Assembly: GCA_051313645.2 (NCBI GenBank)
Contig: JBNRSN020000008.1
Span: 276,582,001 to 276,646,000, forward strand
Direction of reading: 5' to 3'
Length of the DNA: 64,000 nt
DNA from: Centroscyllium fabricii
Taxonomy: Eukaryota
The position numbers and the translations under genes were made by a program. Positions within the stretch are counted from its first letter, which is position 1; every line of letters starts with the position of its first letter. Shown here piece by piece: positions 53,701 through 64,000 of the stretch. Below the pieces are notes generated by a model, which was not told where the DNA came from, ran no database searches, and saw only the letters and a program-made list of their open reading frames with translations.

Positions 53701-56700
53701 ATCTAGTATCTGAAGACAGGGCCTTGGTATTCCCAGGACTCAGAGGGAGATGTGATCTAGTATCTGAAGACAGGACCTTGGTTTTCCCAGGACTCAGAGG
53801 GAGATGTGATCTAGTATCTGAGACAGGGCCTTGGTTTTCCCAGGACTCAGAGGGAGATGTGATCTAGTATCTGAAGTCAGGGCCTTGGTTTTCCCAGACT
53901 CAGAGGGAGATGTGATCTAGTATCTGAAGACAGGGCCTTGATTTTCCCAGGACTCAGAGGGAGATGTGATCTAGTATCTGAAGACAGGACCTTGGTTTTC
54001 CCAGGACTCAGAGGGAGATGTGATCTAGTATCTGAAGACAGGACATTGGTTTTCCCAGGACTCAGAGGGAGATGTGATCTAGTATCTGAAGACAGGGCCT
54101 TGGTTTTCCCAGGACTCAGAGAGAGATGTGATCTAGTATCTGAAGACAGGGCCTTGGTTTTCCCAGACTCAGGGGGAGATCTGATCGAGTATCTGAAGAC
54201 AGGGCTTTGGTTTTCCCAGACTCAGAGGGAGATGTGATCGAGTATCTGAAGACAGGGCCTTGGTTTTCACGGGACTCAGGGGGAGATGTGATCGAGTATC
54301 TGAAGACAGGACCTTGGTTTTCCCAGGACTCAGAGGGAGACGTGATCGAGTATCTGAAGACAGGACCTTGGTTTTCACCGGACTCAGAGGGAGATGTGAT
54401 CGAGTATCTGAAGACAGGACTTTGGTTTTCCCAGGACTCAGAGGGAGATGTGATCTAGTATCTGAAGACAGGGCCTTGGTTTTCCCAGACTCAGAGGGAG
54501 ATGTGATCTAGTATCTCAAGACAGGACCTTGGTTTTCCCGGGACTCAGGGGGTGATGTGATCGATAATCTGAAGACAGGGCCTTGGTTTTCACGGGACTC
54601 AGAGGGAGATGTGATCGAGTATCTGAAGACAGGGCCTTGGTTTTCATCGGACTCAGAGGGAGATGTGATCTAGTATCTGAAGACAGGACCTTGGTTTCCC
54701 CGGGACTCAGGGGGAGATGTGATCTAGTATCTGAAGACAGGGCCTTGGTTTTCCCGGGACTCAGAGGGAGATGTGATCGAGTATCTGAAGACAGGGCCTT
54801 GGTTTTCCCGGGACTCAGAGGGAGATGTGATCGAGTATCTGAAGACAGGGCCTTGGTTTTCCCGGGACTCAGAGGGAGATGTGATCTAGTATCTGAAGAC
54901 AGGACCTTGGTTTTCCCAGGACTCAGAGGGAGATGTGATCGAGTATCTGAAGACAGGGCCTTGGTTTTCCCGGGACTCAGAGGGAGATGTGATCTAGTAT
55001 CTGAAGACAGGGACTTGGTTTTCAGCGGACTCAGGGGGAGATGTGATCTAGTATCTGAAGACAGGGCCTTGGTTTTCACGGGACTCGGGGAGATGTGATC
55101 GAGTATCTGAAGACAGGGCCTTGGTTTTCACAGGACTCAGAGGGAGATGTGATCTAGTATCTGAAGACAGGACCTTGGTTTTCACGGGACTCAGAGGGAG
55201 ATGTGATCGAGTATCTGAAGACAGGGCCTTGGTTTTCCCCGGGACTCAGAGGGAGATGTGATCTAGTATCTGAAGACAGGGCCTTGGTTTTCACGGGACT
55301 CAGAGGGAGATGTGATCGAGTATCTGAAGACAGGGCCTTGGTTTTCACGGGACTCAGAGGGAGATGTGATCGAGTATCTGAAGACAGGACCTTGGTTTTC
55401 CCAGACTCAGAGGGAGATGTGATCTAGTATCTGAAGACAGGGCTTTGGTTTTCCCAGACTCAGAGGGAGATGTGATCTAGTATCTGAAGACAGGGCCTTG
55501 GTTTTCACAGGACTCAGGGGGAGATGTGATCGAGTATCTGAAGACAGGGCCTTGGTTTTCCCAGGAGTCAGAGGGAGATGTGATCTAGTATCTGAAGACA
55601 GGGCCTTGGTTTTCACTGGACTCAGGGGGAGATGTGATCGAGTATCTGAAGACAGGGCCTTGGTTTTCACAGGACTCAGGGGGAGATGTGATCGAGTATC
55701 TGAAGACAGGACCTTGGTTTTCACGGGACTCAGAGGGAGATGTGATCTAGTATCTGAAGACAGGGCCTTGGTTTTCACGGGACTCAGAGGGAGATGTGAT
55801 CGAGTATCTGAAGACAGGGCCTTGGTTTTCACAGGACTCAGAGGGAGATGTGATCTAGTATCTGAAGACAGGGCCTTGGTTTTCCCAGGACTCAGAGGGA
55901 GATGTGATCTAGTATCTGAAGACAGGACCTTGGTTTTCGCAGGACTCAGAGGGAGATGTGATCTAGTATCTGAGACAGGGCCTTGGTTTTCCCAGGACTC
56001 AGAGGGAGATGTGATCTAGTATCTGAAGACAGGGCCTTGGTTTTCCCAGACTCAGAGGGAGATGTGATCTAGTATCTGAAGACAGGGCCTTGGTTTCCCA
56101 GACTCAGAGGGAGATGTGATCGAGTATCTGAAGACAGGGCCTTGGTTTTCACGGGACTCAGGGGGAGATGTGATCGAGTATCTGAAGACAGGGCCCTGGT
56201 TTTCCCAGGACTCAGAGGGAGGTGTGATCTAGTATCTGAAGACAGGACCTTGATTTTCCCAGACTCAGAGGGAGATGTGATCGAGTATCTGAAGACAGGG
56301 CGTTGGTTTTCACGGGACTCAGGGGGAGATGTGATCGAGTATCTGAAGACAGGACCTTGGTTTTCCCAGGACTCAGAGGGAGATGTGATCGAGTATCTGA
56401 AGACAGGACCTTGGTTTTCACCGGACTCAGAGGGAGATGTGATCGAGTATCTGAATACAGGTCCTTGGTTTTCCCAGGACTCAGAGGGAGATGTGATCTA
56501 GTATCTGAAGACAGGGCCTTGGTTTTCCCAGACTCAGAGGGAGATGTGATCTAGTATCTGAAGACAGGACCTTGGTTTTCCCGGGACTGAGGGGGAGATG
56601 TGATCGAATATCTGAAGACAGGGCCTTGGTTTTCACTGGACTCAGGGGGAGATGTGATCGAGTATCTGAAGACAGGGCCTTGGTTATCACAGGACTCAGG

Positions 56701-59700
56701 GGGAGATGTGATCGAGTATCTGAAGACAGGGCCTTGGTTTTCCCAGGACTCAGAGGGAGATGTGATCTAGTATCTGAAGACAGGGCCTTGGTTTTCACTG
56801 GACTCAGGGGGAGATGTGTTCGAGTATCTGAAGACAGGGCCTTGGTTTTCACAGGACTCAGGGGGAGATGTGATCGAGTATCTGAAGAGAGGACCTTGGT
56901 TTTCACGGGACTCAGAGGGAGATGTGATCTAGTATCTGAAGACAGGACCTTGGTTTTCACCGGACTCAGAGGGAGATGTGATCGAGTATCTGAAGACAGG
57001 TCCTTGGTTTTCCCAGGACTCAGAGGGAGATGTGATCTAGTATCTGAAGACAGGGCCTTGGTTTTCCCAGACTCAGAGGGAGATGTGATCTAGTATCTGA
57101 AGACAGGACCTTGGTTTTCCCCGGACTGAGGGGGAGATGTGATCGAGTATCTGAAGACAGGGCCTTGGTTTTCACTGGACTCAGGGGGAGATGTGATCGA
57201 GTATCTGAAGACAGGGCCTTGGTTTTCACAGGACTCAGGGGGAGATGTGATCGAGTATCTGAAGACAGGGCCTTGGTTTTCCCAGGACTCAGAGGGAGAT
57301 GTGATCTAGTATCTGAAGACAGGGCCTTGGTTTTCACTGGACTCAGGGGGAGATGTGTTCGAGTATCTGAAGACAGGGCCTTGGTTTTCACAGGACTCAG
57401 GGGGAGATGTGATCGAGTATCTGAAGACAGGACCTTGGTTTTCACGGGACTCAGAGGGAGATGTGATCTAGTATCTGAAGACAGGGCCTTGGTTTTCACG
57501 GGATTCAGAGGGAGATGTGATCGAGTATCTGAAGACAGGGCCTTGGTTTTCACATGACTCAGAGGGAGATGTGATCTAGTATCTGAAGACAGGGCTTTGG
57601 TTTTCCCAGGACTCAGAGGGAGATGTGATCGAGTATCTGAAGACATGACCTTGGTTTTCCCAGGACTCAGAGGGAGATGTGATCTAGTATCTGAGACAGG
57701 GCCTTGGTTTTCCCAGGACTCAGAGGGAGATGTGATCTAGTATCTGAAGACAGGGCATTGGTTTTCCCAGACTCAGAGGGAGATGTGATCTAGTATCTGA
57801 AGACAGGGCCTTGGTTTCCCAGACTCAGAGGGAGATGTGATCGAGTATCTGAAGACAGGGCCTTGGTTTTCACGGGACTCAGGGGGAGATGTGATCGAGT
57901 ATCTGAAGACAGGGCCTTGGTTTTCCCAGGACTCAGAGGGACATGTGATCTAGTATCTGAAGACAGGGCCTTGCTTTTCCCAGGACTCAGAGGGAGATGT
58001 GATCTAGTATCTGAGGACAAGGCCTTGGTTTTCCCAGACTCAGGGGGAGATGTGATCGAGTATCTGAAGACAGGGCCTTGGTTTTCCCAGACTCAGAGGG
58101 AGATGTGATCGAGTATCTGAAGACAGGGCGTTGGTTTTCACGGGACTCAGGGGGAGATGTGATCGAGTATCTGAAGACAGGAACTTGGTTTTCCCAGGAC
58201 TCAGAGCAGATGTGATCGAGTATCTGAAGACAGGACCTTGGTTTTCACCGGACTCAGAGGGAGATGTGATCGAGTATCTGAAGACAGGACCTTGGTTTTC
58301 CCAGGACTCAGAGGGAGATGTGATCTAGTATCTGAAGACAGGGCCTGGGTTTTCCCAGACTCAGAGGGAGATGTGATCTAGTATCTGAAGACAGGACCTT
58401 GGTTTTCCCAGGACTCAGAGGGAGATGTGATCTAGTATCTGAAGGCAGGGCCTTGGTTTTCACAGACTCAGAGGGAGATGTGATCGAGTATCTGAAGACA
58501 GGGCCTTGGTTTTCACTGGACTCCGAGGGAGATGTGATCGAGTATCTGAAGACAGGGCCTTGGTTTTCCCAGACTCAGAGGGAGATGTGATCTAGTATCT
58601 GAAGACAGGACCTTGGTTTTTCCCAGGACTCAGAGGGAGATGTGATCGAGTATCTGAAGACAGGGCCTTGGTTTTCCCAGGACACAGGGGGAGATGTGAT
58701 CTAGTATCTGAAGACAGGACCTTGGTTTTCCCAGGACTGAGAGGGAGATGTGATCGAGTATCTGAAGACAGGGCCTTGGTTTCACAGGACTCAGGGGGAG
58801 ATGTGATCGAGTATCTGAAGACAGGGCCTTGGTTTTCACAGACTCAGAGGCAGATGTGATCGAGTATCTGAAGACAGGGCCTTGGTTTTCCCAGACTCAG
58901 AGGGAGATGTGATCTAGTGTCTGAAGACAGGGCCTTGGTTTTCCCAGGACTCAGAGGGAGATGTGATCTAGTATCTGAAGACACGACCTTGGTTTTCACA
59001 GGACTCAGAGGGAGATGTGATCGAGTATCTGAAGACAGGGCCTTGGTTTTCACCGGACTCTGAGGGAGATGTGATCTAGTATCTGAAGACAGGGCCTTGG
59101 TATTCACCGGACTCAGAGGGAGATGTGATCTAGTATCTGAAGACAGGGCCTTGGTTTTCACGGGTCTCAGAGGGAGATGTGATCGAGTATCTGAAGACAG
59201 GGCCTTGGTTTTCACAGGACTCAGAGGGAGATGTGATCTAGTATCTGAAGACAGGGCCTTGGTATTCCCAGGACTCAGAGGGAGATGTGATCTAGTATCT
59301 GAAGACAGGACCTTGGTTTTCCCAGGACTCAGAGGGAGATGTGATCTAGTATCTGAGACAGGGCCTTGGTTTTCCCAGGACTCAGAGGGAGATGTGATCT
59401 AGTATCTGAAGTCAGGGCCTTGGTTTTCCCAGACTCAGAGGGAGATGTGATCTAGTATCTGAAGACAGGGCCTTGATTTTCCCAGGACTCAGAGGGAGAT
59501 GTGATCTAGTATCTGAAGACAGGACCTTGGTTTTCCCAGGACTCAGAGGGAGATGTGATCTAGTATCTGAAGACAGGACATTGGTTTTCCCAGGACTCAG
59601 AGGGAGATGTGATCTAGTATCTGAAGACAGGGCCTTGGTTTTCCCAGGACTCAGAGAGAGATGTGATCTAGTATCTGAAGACAGGGCCTTGGTTTTCCCA

Positions 59701-61780
59701 GACTCAGGGGGAGATGTGATCGAGTATCTGAAGACAGGGCTTTGGTTTTCCCAGACTCAGAGGGAGATGTGATCGAGTATCTGAAGACAGGGCCTTGGTT
59801 TTCACGGGACTCAGGGGGAGATGTGATCGAGTATCTGAAGACAGGACCTTGGTTTTCCCAGGACTCAGAGGGAGACGTGATCGAGTATCTGAAGACAGGA
59901 CCTTGGTTTTCACCGGACTCAGAGGGAGATGTGATCGAGTATCTGAAGACAGGACTTTGGTTTTCCCAGGACTCAGAGGGAGATGTGATCTAGTATCTGA
60001 AGACAGGGCCTTGGTTTTCCCAGACTCAGAGGGAGATGTGATCTAGTATCTCAAGACAGGACCTTGGTTTTCCCGGGACTCAGGGGGTGATGTGATCGAT
60101 AATCTGAAGACAGGGCCTTGGTTTTCACGGGACACAGAGGGAGATGTGATCGAGTATCTGAAGACAGGGCCTTGGTTTTCATCGGACTCAGAGGGAGATG
60201 TGATCTAGTATCTGAAGACAGGACCTTGGTTTCCCCGGGACTCAGGGGGAGATGTGATCTAGTATCTGAAGACAGGGCCTTGGTTTTCCCGGGACTCAGA
60301 GGGAGATGTGATCGAGTATCTGAAGACAGGGCCTTGGTTTTCCCGGGACTCAGAGGGAGATGTGATCGAGAATCTGAAGACAGGGCCTTGGTTTTCCCGG
60401 GACTCAGAGGGAGATGTGATCTAGTATCTGAAGACAGGACCTTGGTTTTCCCAGGACTCAGAGGGAGATGTGATCGAGTATCTGAAGACAGGGCCTTGGT
60501 TTTCCCGGGACTCAGAGGGAGATGTGATCTAGTATCTGAAGACAGGGACTTGGTTTTCAGCGGACTCAGGGGGAGATGTGATCTAGTATCTGAAGACAGG
60601 GCCTTGGTTTTCACGGGACTCGGGGAGATGTGATCGAGTATCTGAAGACAGGGCCTTGGTTTTCACAGGACTCAGAGGGAGATGTGATCTAGTATCTGAA
60701 GACAGGACCTTGGTTTTCACGGGACTCAGAGGGAGATGTGATCGAGTATCTGAAGACAGGGCCTTGGTTTTCCCCGGGACTCAGAGGGAGATGTGATCTA
60801 GTATCTGAAGACAGGGCCTTGGTTTTCACGGGACTCAGAGGGAGATGTGATCGAGTATCTGAAGACAGGGCCTTGGTTTTCACGGGACTCAGAGGGAGAT
60901 GTGATCGAGTATCTGAAGACAGGACCTTGGTTTTCCCAGACTCAGAGGGAGATGTGATCTAGTATCTGAAGACAGGGCTTTGGTTTTCCCAGACTCAGAG
61001 GGAGATGTGATCTAGTATCTGAAGACAGGGCCTTGGTTTTCACAGGACTCAGGGGGAGATGTGATCGAGTATCTGAAGACAGGGCCTTGGTTTTCCCAGG
61101 AGTCAGAGGGAGATGTGATCTAGTATCTGAAGACAGGGCCTTGGTTTTCACTGGACTCAGGGGGAGATGTGATCGAGTATCTGAAGACAGGGCCTTGGTT
61201 TTCACAGGACTCAGGGGGAGATGTGATCGAGTATCTGAAGACAGGACCTTGGTTTTCACGGGACTCAGAGGGAGATGTGATCTAGTATCTGAAGACAGGG
61301 CCTTGGTTTTCACGGGACTCAGAGGGAGATGTGATCGAGTATCTGAAGACAGGGCCTTGGTTTTCACAGGACTCAGAGGGAGATGTGATCTAGTATCTGA
61401 AGACAGGGCCTTGGTTTTCCCAGGACTCAGAGGGAGATGTGATCTAGTATCTGAAGACAGGACCTTGGTTTTCGCAGGACTCAGAGGGAGATGTGATCTA
61501 GTATCTGAGACAGGGCCTTGGTTTTCCCAGGACTCAGAGGGAGATGTGATCTAGTATCTGAAGACAGGGCCTTGGTTTTCCCAGACTCAGAGGGAGATGT
61601 GATCTAGTATCTGAAGACAGGGCCTTGGTTTCCCAGACTCAGAGGGAGATGTGATCGAGTATCTGAAGACAGGGCCTTGGTTTTCACGGGACTCAGGGGG
61701 AGATGTGATCGAGTATCTGAAGACAGGGCCCTGGTTTTCCCAGGACTCAGAGGGAGGTGTGATCTAGTATCTGAAGACAG
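50710..61780. repeat. Tandem duplication of 5535 bp (about 103 monomers)
   Basis: ORF pairs 50768/56303, 51037/56572, 52864/58399, 53938/59473, 55203/60738 and 56142/61677 all have offset 5535. Confidence 0.92.
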
Positions 61781-64000
61781 GACCTTGGTTTTCCCAGGAC
61801 TCAGAGGGAGATGTGATCTAGTATCTGAAGACAGTGCCTTGGTTTTCCCAGGACTCAGAGGGAGATGTGATCTAGTATCTGAAGACAAGGCCTTGGTTTT
61901 CCCAGACTCAGGGGGAGATGTGATCGAGTATCTGAAGACAGGACCTTGGTTTTCCCAGACTCAGAGGGAGATGTGATCGAGTATCTGAAGACAGGGCGTT
62001 GGTTTTCACGGGACTCAGGGGGAGATGTGATCGAGTATCTGAAGACAGGACCTTGGTTTTCCCAGGACTCAGAGGGAGATGTGATCGAGTATCTGAAGAC
62101 AGGACCTTGGTTTTCACCGGACTCAGAGGGAGATGTGATCGAGTATCTGAAGACAGGACCTTGGTTTTCCCAGGACTCAGAGGGAGATGTGATCTAGTAT
62201 CTGAAGACAGGGCCTTGGTTTTCCCAGACTCAGAGGGAGATGTGATCTAGTATCTGAAGACAGGACCTTGGTTTTCCCGGGACTGAGGGGGTGATGTGAT
62301 CGAGTATCTGAAGACAGGGCCTTGGTTTTCACTGGACTCAGGGGGAGATGTGATCGAGTATCTGAAGACAGGGCCTTGGTTTTCACTGGACTCAGGGGGA
62401 GATGTGTTCGAGTATCTGAAGACAGGGCCTTGGTTTTCACAGGACTCAGGGGGAGATGTGATCGAGTATCTGAAGACAGGACCTTGGTTTTCACGGGACT
62501 CAGAGGGAGATGTGATCTAGTATCTGAAGACAGGGCCTTGGTTTTCACGGGATTCAGAGGGAGATGTGATCGAGTATCTGAAGACAGGGCCTTGGTTTTC
62601 ACATGACTCAGAGGGAGATGTGATCTAGTATCTGAAGACAGGGCTTTGGTTTTCCCAGGACTCAGAGGGAGATGTGATCGAGTATCTGAAGACATGACCT
62701 TGGTTTTCCCAGGACTCAGAGGGAGATGTGATCTAGTATCTGAGACAGGGCCTTGGTTTTCCCAGGACTCAGAGGGAGATGTGATCTAGTATCTGAAGAC
62801 AGGGCATTGGTTTTCCCAGACTCAGAGGATGATGTGATCTAGTATCTGAAGACAGGGCCTTGGTTTCCCAGACTCAGAGGGAGATGTGATCGAGTATCTG
62901 AAGACAGGGCCTTGGTTTTCACGGGACTCAGGGGGAGATGTGATCGAGTATCTGAAGAGAGGGCCTTGGTTTTCCCAGGACTCAGAGGGACATGTGATCT
63001 AGTATCTGAAGACAGGGCCTTGCTTTTCCCAGGACTCAGAGGGAGATGTGATCTAGTATCTGAAGACAAGGCCTTGGTTTTCCCAGACTCAGGGGGAGAT
63101 GTGATCGAGTATCTGAAGACAGGGCCTTGGTTTTCCCAGACTCAGAGGGAGATGTGATCGAGTATCTGAAGACAGGGCGTTGGTTTTCACGGGACGCAGG
63201 GGGAGATGTGATCGAGTATCTGAAGACAGGACCTTGGTTTTCCCAGGACTCAGAGCAGATGTGATCGAGTATCTGAAGACAGGACCTTGGTTTTCACCGG
63301 ACTCAGAGGGAGATGTGATCGAGTATCTGAAGACAGGACCTTGGTTTTCCCAGGACTCAGAGGGAGATGTGATCTAGTATCTGAAGACAGGGCCTTGGTT
63401 TTCCCAGACTCAGAGGGAGATGTGATCTAGTATCTGAAGACAGGACCTTGGTTTTCCCGGGACTCAGGGGGAGATGTGATCGAGTATCTGAAGAGAGGGC
63501 CTTGGTTTTCACGGGACTGAGAGGGAGATGTGATCGAGTATCTGAAGACAGGGCCTTGGTTTTCAGCGGACTCAGGGGGAGATGTGATCGAGTATCTGAA
63601 GACAGGACCTTGGTTTTCCCGGGACTCAGACGGAGATGTGATCTAGTATCTGAAGACAGGGCCTTGGTTTTCACGGGACTCAGAGGGAGATGTGATCGAG
63701 TATCTGAAGACAGGACCTTGGTTTTCACGGGACTCAGAGGGAGATGTGATCTAGTATCTGAAGACAGGGCCTTGGTTTTCACTGGACTCAGGGGGAGATG
63801 TGATCTAGTATCTGAAGACAGGACCTTGGTTTCCCAGGGACTCAGGGGGAGATGTGATCTAGTATCTGAAGACAGGGCCTTGGTTTTCACTGGACTCAGG
63901 GGGAGATGTGATCTAGTATCTGAAGACAGGACCTTGGTTTCCCCGGGACTCAGAGGGAGATGTGATCTAGTATCTGAAGACAGGGCCTTGGTTTTCACTG

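Larger units (their letters stand above)
14909..64000 (-). repeat. 54-bp satellite block 2b, about 910 monomers, inverted relative to blocks 1 and 2a, runs off the window end
   Basis: Plus-strand consensus GGACTCAG[A/G]GGGAGATGTGATC[G/T]AGTATCTGAAGACAGG[G/A]CCTTGGTTTTC[A/C]CN. I saw no unique sequence interrupting it. Confidence 0.99.

Noticed and set aside
7794-64000. Hundreds of ORFs with 18-aa repeats as protein-coding genes
   Set aside because: They arise because 54 is divisible by 3. They occur on both strands and in several frames, mostly begin at non-ATG codons, and are broken every few units by 53-bp monomers.
7816-64000. CRISPR array or repeat-spacer system
   Set aside because: Monomers abut directly, with only a few variable bases and no unique spacers. 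There are no cas genes and the context is vertebrate LINEs.
7816-64000. Tandem RNA gene array (tRNA, 5S, snRNA), telomeric repeats or V(D)J signal sequences
   Set aside because: No A/B boxes or cloverleaf, no TTAGGG tracts, and no CACAGTG heptamer with a spaced nonamer in the monomer.

Overview
Eukaryotic, non-coding, repeat-dominated DNA. The repeat families resemble those of cartilaginous fish (shark/ray); this is inferred from recalled family sequences, not a database search. Positions 1-7.6 kb hold a CpG-rich promoter-like motif cluster, two related G-rich minisatellites (21 bp and 41 bp) and a nested stack of dead minus-strand retroelements: an old CR1-group LINE split by a Rex1/Babar 3' end, a younger 5'-truncated CR1, a CR1 tail and a SINE fragment. 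From 7.8 kb to the window end lies a 54-bp satellite of about 1,000 monomers in three blocks: about 100 monomers (7816-13188), about 14 monomers (14168-14908), and, after a spacer-less head-to-head inversion at 14908, about 910 monomers in the opposite orientation (14909-64000+). The large block shows layered higher-order repeats (2261, 2254, 3553 and 5535 bp periods). The satellite border is a complex rearrangement: inverted ~97-bp tandem units that appear to derive from a CR1 ORF1 linker, a decayed CR1 ORF1 esterase relic, and a direct duplication of the array start. No intact host protein-coding gene, RNA gene or CRISPR array is supported; the ORF track past 7.8 kb is translation of the satellite.
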